Below are positions 52,730 to 64,000 of a DNA stretch of 64,000 nt, one piece after another. Origin of the DNA: the human T2T-CHM13v2.0 reference genome, Homo sapiens; NCBI RefSeq assembly GCF_009914755.1, contig NC_060927.1; one strand, 5' to 3'. Position 1 is the first letter of the stretch. The number at the start of each line of letters is the position of its first letter. A program made the translations under genes and the position numbers. The notes beneath the pieces were generated by a model. It saw only the letters and a list, made by a program, of their open reading frames with translations. It did no database searches and was not told the DNA's origin.

Positions 52730-52997
52730 GGTTGGAGCTTCCTCACAACATGGCAGTTTCATGCTTCTCGCAAAACAGTTTAGGGCCCCAAAAATGAATG
52801 TCCAAAATGAATGGGATAGAAGTTGAATGACTTTCTACCAATGGCTTAACCTCTAAAGCCAACAGAGTCACTTCCACCATACTCTATTGGTCAACCAATC
52901 ACTAAGGTTGGTCTGGATTCAAGGGGAATACAAATACACCTCACCTCTTGTTAGGAATGCCAAATAATTTGAAAATATGTTTTTAAATCACCATACA
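52730..52997 (-). mobile_element. MLT1F/G/H-like LTR fragment
   Basis: gagcttcctcacaacatggcag, gtcacttccaccatactctattggtca, ggattcaaggggaa. Confidence 0.7.
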
Positions 52998-54213
52998 CTT
53001 TCATTCAAAAGTGGTACACCTCACAGCTTTCAGTGTGAGATATACCCTGGCTTGAATACCATTTTGGTCACTTACTATTTCGATTTGTGAGTATTTAATA
53101 AATTAGCACATGTAAGATACTTGGCATTACCAAATTAAATGTTTTTTTATACATAACTTCGTTGCTCTAGCTAAAAATAAAGGGATTGTAATTTGTTTGT
53201 TTGAATAATCATTAACCATATGATGTAAGGTGTATGACCATAATGAATACACCTTGTGCTGCTGTGCCACAGGCTGAGAAATTTCAAGAAATCAACAGTA
53301 GGTAAATTCCTATGATGTGTCAGTTTAGCATGACAATAAAACTCCTGGGCTTCCTTTACCCTTGTAGAAAGTAGGAAAAAAGTGCATGTGACGCCCAGAG
53401 GACTCTCCACAGTGTATATTCCCAAATACGTAATGTCTAGTTTCCTACTTTTAGAATAGTATGGTTTTAAGCAGAAAAAAAAAAAAGAAAAAAGAAAAAA
53501 AAATCTCTACCTGAGTTGAATACATACCTCCTTCTCTTTCTAATCTCTGGCATTGTCACATATGTCTAGAAAATTCGACATTTATATAGAAACCCTTCCC
53601 AGGGTTCACTATACAACTCTCTTTGCTCGTGCTTAGATGGTGAGTAAGGGCTCATAAAATGCATATCACATCATTATATTGTGTTTAAACATTTTTATTT
53701 CTCCAGAGAATTTAAAATATACAAACATGTGACTCTGTGAGGAAATGATCCAAAAAAGATTATAAATACAGCTATAAATGTCAAAGTTCCTAAAACATTT
53801 CACTGGCTCTATCTTCAGAAGAAAGTGTTTACACATAGAGCACATTCCAGCATGTTTTATTATTGTTATTGTGGGCATTAAATGTTACAAATGCAATCTG
53901 TTTGACATATATATAAACGATGGTCTGCGCAAACATTTAAGGATCACCTCAAACGCTGTGAAGCTGATTAGGAAGAACAATTTAGTAAGGCATGGGCAAC
54001 AAGCTCCCCCTTGCAAACAAGACATTGTCGTCCCTAGGAAACAATGAGAAATTCAGTTTCAGTTTTTAACTTAATAAATGTTTAACTTCTAAATTTTGCT
54101 CATTTCCCTTTCTGATTTTCTAGCAAGGATTATAGTAAGTGGTTAGTCATGACTTGCTTTCTTGTATGACCCACTCAGGATCATCAAGATTTCTTCTATT
54201 TTCTTAAAAAGTA

Positions 54214-54321
54214 ATAGAAAAAAAAGAAGGAAGGAAGGAGGATGAAAGAGAGGACGGAAAGGAAAGAGGAAGAAAGGAGCGAGGAAGGAAGGAAAAGGAG
54301 GGAGGAGATGAAGGAAGGAGA
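54214..54321. repeat. Purine-rich (GGAA-like) low-complexity tract
   Basis: ~105 nt almost exclusively A/G on the + strand. Confidence 0.85.
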
Positions 54322-54519
54322 GTGTTTTCTCATACAGACTTGTGGTATCTAGTCTACACATTGGTTTCTCCTACCCTTCAGTGGGTTAACAGTACATTAT
54401 TCTTGTCAGGCCCTCACTCTTTGCTAAAGGAAACTTCAATCTCAGCTCCACCTGCCTTCCCTGTTTTATATAAAGAGTATCCCTTCCCCTCACATAAACC
54501 CAATACCAGTATCTCTAGA

Positions 54520-54773
54520 GCTACACTGTCCAGTGGACATAGAATGTGAGTCACAAATGCAAGCCACATATGCAACTTTATATTTTCTATCAGCCATATT
54601 AAGAAGAGTAAAAAGAAACAGGTGAAATTAATTTTAACAATATGTTATGTAACCTAATATATCCAAAATATTATCAATCTATAGGCAATATAATTTTTTA
54701 AACATTTTTTCATACTACTTAAAGTTCACTGTGTGTTTTACACTTGCAGAAAATCTCAAAACTAGCCACATTC
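54520..54773. mobile_element. MER33 (hAT-Charlie) partial
   Basis: caaatgcaagccacatatg, gtaaaaagaaacaggtgaaattaatttta, ctagccacatt. Confidence 0.8.
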
Positions 54774-55625
54774 CATTCAATTCTATCTTTCTTATTGCTC
54801 TCCATGCATCCTTAACATGAATCTCCCTTAACTTGAACCAGCTTGAGTTGGGCTCTGCTTCTTAAAACCAAACAAAGCTAACATAGTAGCAAGTGAAGGG
54901 CTTGATCACCGTGTCTTATTTACTTATTTTCTATCCTTCAGGCATTATTCAGTATGGCACCAGACAATTTTTATTCAGTTATTGCCATTGGGAAAGTTTG
55001 GAATTATTTGTGCTTTATGGGATGATAGGGTTTAAAGTTAATTTTCCTATGATGTACCCCTTTCTATTTGACATTACATTTTGTTTGCAAAAAATACTGG
55101 TACAGTGCAGTTTTTTAAAATCAGGCAATTCAGAGAGTTCCTCTTAACAATGCCCTCTGAGACTATTATGAAAGTTGTTAACATTAAACTGCCCTAGCGA
55201 GGTGCTGTCTTTGGTACCGTATAATTTCATTAATTTAAATCCAAGTAAAGATCAAATTTTCCAATTCATCTAAGCTATTTATTGGCCTTGGCTTTCTTGG
55301 TGATTAACTTTGATGACAATAGCATTTCACACAATGTACAAACAATAAAATTCTGCTTCTTACAGGACAGTGGGATGATCTTTTGGTAAACATTTTACTT
55401 GGGAACAGTTAGGAGAAATTATGAATCTACAAGTTAATGATCCAAGCCTCAGTTTACCTATTAATTAACTGAAAGAATTTCTTGCCTGTAATGTGTGCTG
55501 GAAAGAAAAGATCTTTATGTTTATGAGTGGCATATATATACAGTGTGACACAAGTATTACGATTGTTTAAAAAACTATTCTAATGACACTGGTAGTATTT
55601 TAAGAGTAATAGTAATACAATTGTT

Positions 55626-55971
<346 letters not shown>

Positions 55972-56018
55972 TTATTCTAATTGTAATTATTTCTTCATCT
56001 CTGACCTTGTATGTCCAA

Positions 56019-56175
56019 CAGGGTCAGGACTAGGATCTGAAGTACAAAATTTAAGGAGTGTCCAAAATCTCAGTAATCAAGATAAATATTTTAATGCAAT
56101 AGTTTTAAAAATAAAAATTAATGCGAAAAATTAATAATGGAAAAAAGTTGGAATTTTAAATAAAGACAGGGTCAG
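56019..56175. mobile_element. MER96B-like hAT fragment (one arm)
   Basis: cagggtcaggactagg...caaaatttaagg...ctcagtaatcaagataaatattttaatgcaat...taaataaagacagg. Confidence 0.7.
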
Positions 56176-56924
56176 AGATTGCAATGGACAGAGAGCACTG
56201 CCCCTGGATCATTAATAAGATTTAGATTATCAAGCCACATCACTGCAGTTTGCATGTGATTTCATAAGTATCCACCATACATAGAATTCAATTGATTTCA
56301 AGCTTTTAAGTAATCACTGGATTCTAATATCTTTTATATATCATTGTTTTCTCAATATTCACACTTTGGGGTTCTCCCCAAATATTATATTAGGAAATTC
56401 AAATGTGTTTCACTTTTCAGATCAAAATTAAAGAAGTATTCAGTTGATGCTGCATGATTCTGAATAACTGTGAAACCTACTTTTAGGCAGAATATAAATA
56501 ACATGCTTGAGAATAGAAATCTATGAATAGTTCTTTGAGTGAAAGAACGGTGTAGCCAATTTCACTCCATTGAGGTAACACTAAACAAGATGAGCTTGTT
56601 TTACTTCATACAAAGGAATGACCAAATTAGGCATGAGAAAATGTGACAAGATTTCCAATCGTGTTTTTCTTTTCTTTCTTTCTTTCTTTTTTTTTTTTTT
56701 TTCCCCAGCTTAGATTTGTACTCTTCGGTACTGCTAGAAATAGAATTCTCAAAAGAGCCATGCTCTCTTTCACAAGCCTTGGAAAAATCAGTTTGGTCTA
56801 CACTTGACTTTATTAGTGGTCTCCTGATTCCTTGGGACTTTGTCATTGTTTTAGATCATTGTTCAGGCCAAATGGGAAGAAGGAAGTGGTAAGGATAGTA
56901 GTATGAATGACTAAAGTCTAGGCC

Positions 56925-57062
56925 AGCACATCTCAAATTTTCTAATTTCTGGAGATCTTATTAAAATAGAGATTCTGGGATGGGGCCTGAAATTCTACAT
57001 TTCTAACAAAACCCCAGACAATGCCCAAGTTGCTGTTTCATGGATCACGTTTTGGATAGTGC
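56925..57062. mobile_element. MER5-type fragment
   Basis: ctgggatggggcctgaaattctacatttctaacaa...ccccag. Confidence 0.65.
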
Positions 57063-57149
57063 TACTTGTGAGTTTTTGTTCTTGTTGCTTTTGAGATTAA
57101 ATGTTTAAAGAATTATCCTTTTTGGGAAAATAAATTATCTTCTATATAA

Positions 57150-57272
57150 TATAAGGTCCTTGAGGTAGAAATTTTGTCTCATCTGTTCTTATATCCCTAG
57201 TTCATTGAACACTGCAGGGCATTTGAAGGCACTTAACTGTTATTGATTGTTGTTGAATAAATTAATAAATGA
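57150..57272 (+). mobile_element. L2 3' tail
   Basis: taaggtccttgaggtagaa...gtctcatctg...tgttgaataaattaataaatgaa. Confidence 0.6.
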
Positions 57273-57293
57273 AATTTGGGGCCAATTTTAGAA

Positions 57294-57786
57294 CAGGGGT
57301 TCTTAAGTTTTTTTAGTGCCATGGATCCTACCCTCTTTGGCAATCTGGTGAAGTCTGTGGACCCTTTCTCAGGAAAATATTTTTAAGTGAAAAAAATAGA
57401 ATGTATAGGTATTACAAAGGAAACCAATTATATGGAATCATAGTTATCAAAATATATAAAAGTCAAATGTGTGATGTAATAATGTATGTGCTTTTAAAAA
57501 ATAAAATCTTGCAGTGCATCTAATAATTACTATAATTTCGAAGAAATGAAGAGTATAAAGAATGTTTTCATATATCTACAGCAACTGTAATTTCATAGAA
57601 AAAAAAAACTGTGATTTCTATTAGTGACAGACAGGTACTGCTAATAGTACCATAGGTTGTTGACTCTATTCATAATGGAAGGATATGCTAAATTTCAGTT
57701 GGAAATGAGTGAAAATAATGTTGTAATTGTTTTTACATTCAAGTTCACAGACATCCTGGGTCTGTGAACCCCAGAGTAAGAACCTG
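57294..57786. mobile_element. Charlie4a-like hAT element, full length
   Basis: TIRs caggggttctta...taagaacctg. attttaga present on both flanks (57285-57292, 57787-57794), consistent with an 8-bp hAT TSD. Confidence 0.8.
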
Positions 57787-58545
57787 ATTTTAGACAGTCC
57801 ACGAGTTTTGTTTACCAAGCTTTTCCAATGTTGGTTGAAAATCATTTCACAAAAAGAAAAACAATAGAGTAATACTTATGATTATTTTTATTTTATCTAA
57901 TGAAGTATCTAATACTTGTCATATTATTCCATTTTCTTTAACACAGTACTTCAACTTGCAAAAATCTGAAACAGCTTTTTCCAGTGATTATTTCCCTTTC
58001 TTCCATTCATATCTATGACAAATATATAATGTATACCTTTATTAACTGGATAAACAACCCACAAATGCGACTTTGTAAAGTGCATTCCCATGAGACAGAT
58101 CCATAAACCTGGTAAGCACACCAAGACCCCATCAGAGATATTTGAACTAAATCTTAATTTGTTATTTACAAACACTTCACATGGCCCTCTAAATGAATTC
58201 TGTGCTGCCTCATTGACAAGAAATATAACAGACTACACATTCGAGAGACAGAGAGGGCTGTGGGATTATTTGACTGAACAATTTCACAGGTGTTAACAAT
58301 AGAGGTGGGCCGAAGAGTTTCAACCAAGAGAATGTAACTCAGACTGAAGTTATCCAAACACCTGTTGGTAAGTTGTATTCTTTCCTTTAGATTGTTTCCT
58401 TTATAGTAATTTTGTAGAGCTACTTTATTGGTCTTTTCCTTCAGAAGTCAGAAAGTTGAGGGGAGGGGAGAAAAGAAGGAAAGAGTAGGAGAACCAACAA
58501 AGATTCAAATTTGTCACCATGCCAAAGACAGCCTAACCCCTAGAG

Positions 58546-58958
58546 CAGAGGTCTCAAACCTGGAGCCTTGGGGCAGACACAGGAGCAAATGAGTTTTGTT
58601 TGGCTCATACACCAGTAATTAAGAATTGGATTTGAATGCTCTTATGCATTGGTGTGCAAGTAAATGTTTAATAACCAACTCTCTGGGAGTGGAGTGGAAG
58701 CCCTGATTTGCAATGTTTGACAATTCCTGTGGCGTAAATGGTCAATTTTGACTTACCAAGATGAGGACACCGAAAAGAGCTTTGGGAAGAGATGTGTATA
58801 ATCGGCCCTGTGAAGTCCACTCCATCACAGCACTGTATTTCAGGGGGGCCTGCATTCTCTTGGGTTCCCACCTCTTCATGCTGTCTTCCACCCTGCCCAC
58901 TTTCCTCTCTTAAATCACCTCTTTGGTCCCAGTGGGCTGTGAAATTCGTGACTTCTGC
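58546..58958. mobile_element. MER102-like element with a nested MER63-like fragment
   Basis: Ends cagaggtctcaaac and gaaattcgtgacttctg. Inner gtaaatgtttaataaccaactctctggg...gccctgatttgc resembles MER63. Confidence 0.45.
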
Positions 58959-60279
58959 CTGGAGCTTTTCTGGGTGCCTGACGTTGGTCACAAAGCTAGG
59001 CTGAGGAATGTGCTGGCTATTTTGAGGTGTGATCAGAGACTTGCATTCATTGTGAAGAAAGCAGAGGGATTTGGCAGAGGAAAGCAAAGACTAAGCCTGG
59101 GATACAGCAGCTATAGGAAACGTGGCTTGGGTGTCACTTGATTGGCTGCTACTTGTTTTTGTGTTCCCATCTGTCAAAAACAGCTGGAAGTCACAACTAA
59201 ATTAAAGGTGGAAAATGCTTTGAAAAAGTAATGGGGCCACACACAAAAAATATTACTACTATTTCTTCCCCTCAGCTTCCCCACTCCGCTAAATGAGACA
59301 TTCTGCAAGGACTGGATACTATTTCTGTCTTTTCACACTTCTCTTGCTAATGTTCAGTGGGCTTCAGAGATCTGATATAAATGTACAGGCGATGTGGAAA
59401 CTGATTGAGAGGCAGATTTATATTAAAAATTGTATACATATATTTACCACCAGTTTTAATGATGCACTTTTGGTGAAGATGAGTTGCTTAAAACGAAATA
59501 GACTTAAGAACATATTACTTAAAAATCATATCATGTGTCTTTTTGCTTCACATTTAAACCAGAAAACAAAATCTATATTCACTGTTAGTATAACGCTTAG
59601 AAAAGAAAAGATTTTGTCCATGGCTCCCAAATCAGTAGATTATGGTTGTAAGCCCCAATGAGTTCTAAACCATTTGCCAAAGAGCAAGCACCCACCAACT
59701 TCCCTCCCCCTGCCAAACATACACTTCCCTCCTGTCTGATTTATAGAGACCCTTTGTTAGGGATGTAGTAATGAAGCCAGCTGCTGTGTCTTTCTGCAGC
59801 CCACTGCACCCCTCCCTCGCCTCATCCCCCAGAACAGTTACTGTCAACACCCTGGGGACACTAGCAGAGAGCTCCCAACAGGAAGTCTGGGGATGCTTTT
59901 TGATTCTGTGACCATCTTTCACTTCCTCCTTGAGTCCTCATTCTCACTTTGGTAGCCGAGGTCTGCCCTGCCTGCTACCAGAGTGACAAGAGAGGAGTAA
60001 AGAAACCAATAGCAAGATTTGGGTACTTAGAGCACTTTAATGGTACTTCAGGAAAATAAGAGATAAAGCAGAAACCAGGTTTAATAATCATAATAAGAAT
60101 TCTAGAAGCTGTCTCCCACCACTTTGTGATAAACCCATTATCTCACTTAATTCCTCCCTCAGATGGTCTGAAGTCAGCCTGAAGGTGGAACCAAGACAGA
60201 CTATTGTGAACACTTAGGCAACAAAAGCGTCAATGTGAAGAGAAGTTCTAGTATACTGTTTTCAGGCTTGGTACTAACC

Positions 60280-60590
60280 TTCATACTTGGGATGCCCAGC
60301 CTGGCTGACTTCTACTCATCTTCTAAGACTCATCACAGACATCGTATCTTTCAGGAAACTTCCGCGTTAGCCTGTCTCTCTACTGACACCCCCTCAGGTG
60401 CACTCCCCTGTTCCTAGATATTTCTCTCACTGCAGTTACCACAATCTATTGCCCGTCTAGACAGTTGGACGATTTATTCTTTGAGAGTAGAGAATGCAAC
60501 TTGTTCATCTCTGTAGTCTCCGATCCTATTTTTTTTTGCCTTATGTATAGTAAGTGCTCCAAAAAAGTTTGATGAATGAATGAATGAATT
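60280..60590 (+). mobile_element. L2 3' end
   Basis: cctggctgacttctactcatctt...gtaagtgctcc...tgaatgaatgaatgaa tail. Confidence 0.75.
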
Positions 60591-63500
60591 CTGAAAGGAT
60601 ACTATAAGAAATGAAAAGAAACTGAATGAAGTTTATAGAAGAAAGAGGTTTTGAGTAGAATTTTAAGGACTGCAGTGTTTGGAGTAAGAAAATATGTTGC
60701 CATGTGGAAATGAGGAAGTAAAAGGGTTACATGTAGAAAGTTGTATTTCATTTTGTTTAGCCAAGTTCTGACATTCAGAAAATCGAGAAATAAGGGGAAC
60801 CAAATAACAGAGAAAGCAATTGGTGGACAGGTAGTTTGAAGCCACTGTGCAAAGGAATTTATTAATGACAGGAGCTACTAACACCACATCGAGTCTGGAT
60901 GTGCCATGCATCTTGAAAGCTCAAATGTGTGCTAGATTGTCTTGCAAGCTCACAGATTCCAGGAGAGTTATGGACACACTAGAAGGGAATGAAGAAAACC
61001 TTTGGCTCTAGGTTTCATTTGAGGCTGCCTTATTCAGCTATACTTCCGATAGCAAAAATGAACCTGCTCTGGAAGTCTACGTTTCTCCTTTATCCCTTGG
61101 AAAATAAAATTCAGTTTCACATAAGTCTCTTTACATTTTCATTAAGTTATCAATAGCATCAGAAAATGTTCCTGTTTTCACTTTTTGTTAATTTTTATCT
61201 TTTTTGAAAATTATCTATAGCTTCATCATCAGCTGGTGGGCAGAACAGTATGATACCTCAAAAAAATCCCTTATGTCCTGCAGTCATCTTTGTTCTTTCA
61301 TGAAACACTTTTGAGAGAGGTAACTCCATTTTCTCCTATGTAGACACACACACCCTTCTATGTCATTAGTGATGCATCTTTAGTATCCTCTGTAACAGCC
61401 TGCAATGTTGTTTTTTAAATCTTCACTTTTCACAGATGTTGCCACCACATTGATAAAGAAGACCCCAAAAACCATCTCTGGCACCAGAAGTAGCTAGCCA
61501 AAAACCTGCATTGCTTCTTCAACACTCCTCCAAACCCTACTCTATTCATTAAAAATGTTTGCCCCTTTCTATCTAATGTATTATCTTAAGGAATTTGCTA
61601 TTTTTCTCCCAAGGGGAGAAAAAAAAAACTCACTCTTCAAGATGTCACTTTGTTTACTCCATTTAATTATTTAAGAGATTCTTTAAGCCCTTACCACTCA
61701 ACCTTTACAGTTCCACACAAAAACAAAGCTAATTCAGATGGCTGAGGACCTTTATGCAAATTGAGGTTTTTCAGAGCTGAAAAGGGCACATGCCAGCTTC
61801 AGGGCAGGAACAGGCTGGATAGCTCATGTGGAGGGGGATTTTGGTCACAAACATGGAGCCATTTGATGAACATGTAAACTAATATTAGTAATACAGCATT
61901 AATTTATTGCTTCTGCAGATTATTTCTAATACAGACTTGCTGACTTGTACATGTATGATACATAAACACATCCATAAAAGTTTAATGCTGTCAGAGTAGT
62001 ACATTCACCCACAACACTGCCTGATGACACATTTTCACTTTTCTTAACACTGCTTCCTGAAGGAGTCAACATGATGTCAAGGTGACAGAATTAAGAATGA
62101 CACCAGAGGAATGGTCAGAAAATTAACTTTTCAAAACTTTCGTGTTAGATGTTTGGATAGACATTCAGTAACATGTGGTGATCACGAATGTGTCTTTAGT
62201 TTATTTTGAAAACGAATCCTGAATTACCAATTGAGCAGCAGAACCTGTTTGTACTCCAAAAACAAATTACATTGAATTTAAAAAGCCATTATGAAGAGTG
62301 CCTTATGATAAAGAATAGATTTTCTGGCTAAAAGCATTTTCCATCATTTGACAAAGTATAGTCAATCTTAAAGAAAAGCTTCAACTTACGCATTCGTTTC
62401 AAAATTAATACTTATGAAGACAGGAAGTTGAATAGATGAAGAGTGATGACTTTTTGCAGGATCTGAGCCCTAAAGTTTTGGGCCTACACTATTCCTTCCT
62501 ATCTCCTTGTCAGAGAAGTTGAGGCAAGATCTCTCTTTTATCTGGCTCTCAGATTTCTGAGTATAATAAGCTCACAATTCCTTATAGGAAAGATAGAACA
62601 CATCAGAAAAGCATTCCAAATCATTCCAAATCAAATGAAAGTCACCATTTGATGACTGTAAACTAGCCCCACTCATGGTTTGTTTGGATTTTCTTTTTTT
62701 TTTTAAAGGCATTAGAATACATTCAGCTTTTTCTGCATCTGTGTGTCAGTTGCAGAAATGGAAGTTGGAACTAGCCAACTCCATCAGTCATCTACCCCCA
62801 GTCTCTGAAATTTCTGTTCCTCTCTAGATAGTGGACGTTCAGTCATTTTGCAGCACTCATCTCGGCTCTAATAACAACTCTATTATGGCCCTGTGGCCTT
62901 TTTCGTAACATTTATTTTCAGGTTTGCCATGTGTTGGGCATCCATAACAGCCGGGCTGACTGTCACTTTGTGGCTCCAAAGGCATCGGCAGTGAGAGAGA
63001 TCTGGACTCTTGCAAAGTATGATGGAATTGGCTGGATTTCATGTGACAAGCTCAGATGATGGCCCTTTGTCCAGAGCAGGCATGACAGAAATGGAAATGC
63101 TTGATACAGGTCCTGTTTCCTAAGAACATGTAAAGGACAACTTATGGTGATTTGGGGGATTAAATCACAACTTTTTCTTGAACTTAAATCTCTATCAATT
63201 AGGTAGGCAGCTTGCTTTACTGGGAATTTTCATGGGACCAATACTTGTAAAGGAATGTATTGCTTAAGTGAAGCAGGATCTAGCTTATGACTGAAACTTA
63301 CATTTGGGTAACACTTTAGCAGCATATCTTCTTTTGAATCAATTATAATCACATTCCACTGGAATCTAGGTCTAATACTACTTTATAGAAATTTTAGAAT
63401 CACCTGCTTAGGGATATGTATATATATTAACTGGATCTATCAGGGATTAACAAATTAATAGATATTGCCTCTTCTCTTTTTACCTAATGACTATTTGTTT

Positions 63501-63827
63501 AATAACTGCACTTTTATTATATTAGATCGGGATTTTATCACATTACAAGGATATGTGAAAACCCCTAAAAAATTTGCTTTGGGAAAAAAGTAATGATAAT
63601 TTATCCATTTTCCTAAACTACCTGTTTCAGTATTTAGATAGCTAATAAAGAGAGCAACCACCTTTAAGTAAACATTCTATCAGATTGAGACTATTGAGAG
63701 CAATCTATAAACAATACACCCACTTGCTTATCACTGGTGCATAACTGATGTCCAAGATGCAAAATGGATTACCATGATTTAAACTCTCAAAAATATTTTG
63801 AGTTGGGCAATTTTTCAGGACAGACAG

Positions 63828-64000
63828 CTGTCTACATGACACCTCCACTTAACTATCCAACAGATCTTTCAAATGGGTCATGTTCGCAACAGAATTCTTG
63901 AGTTCTCTATTACTCCAAAACTTACTAAATCTTAGGCTTCCCATCTCTTTGATGGCATCATTTATGTCGAGATGCCTGGGCTATAACTAGGGTATCATTC
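63828..64000 (+). mobile_element. L2 fragment running off the window edge
   Basis: gacacctccactt...ttcccatctctttgatggcatc...ctagggtatcattc. Confidence 0.55.

Noticed and set aside
55188-55207. Possible CTCF site ctgccctagcgaggtgctg
   Set aside because: Several mismatches at core positions in either orientation.
58668-59661. ORFs of 139 aa (-) and 122 aa (+)
   Set aside because: No recognisable domain or splice context; the first overlaps DNA-transposon remnants. Lengths are compatible with chance.
62900-63210. Acceptor tttattttcag at 62921 as an exon start
   Set aside because: No convincing nearby donor or reading frame, and such acceptors are frequent in T-rich DNA.

Overview
Primate (human-like) AT-rich, CpG-poor genomic DNA, intergenic or deep-intronic. 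I can support no protein-coding gene, RNA gene or CpG island. The longer ORFs I could assign are Alu, L1 or MaLR translations, and the rest look like chance ORFs. Roughly half the window is interspersed repeats: 8 Alus, many L1 fragments (L1PA6-like to L1ME-like), a complete THE1C provirus with GTGAG TSD, solo LTRs (THE1D, MLT1, MLT2, MER54, LTR16/33/40), DNA-transposon fossils (MER3, Tigger4, MER20, MER33, MER96B, Charlie4a) and L2/MIR. Subfamily names come from recalled consensus sequences, and boundaries of old elements are approximate. I found no new biological system. The most notable items are: (1) an ERVL-LTR/MaLR-internal/THE1-LTR chimera at 19.1-19.9 kb; (2) a locally templated ~290-bp insertion with fold-back and slippage scars at 34.8-35.1 kb, inside an L1PB that itself sits at a large deletion of its host L1; (3) a twin-primed inverted L1 at 41.9-42.2 kb; (4) a perfect 24-bp palindrome; (5) repeat-poor blocks with enhancer-like motif clusters and candidate + strand exons.
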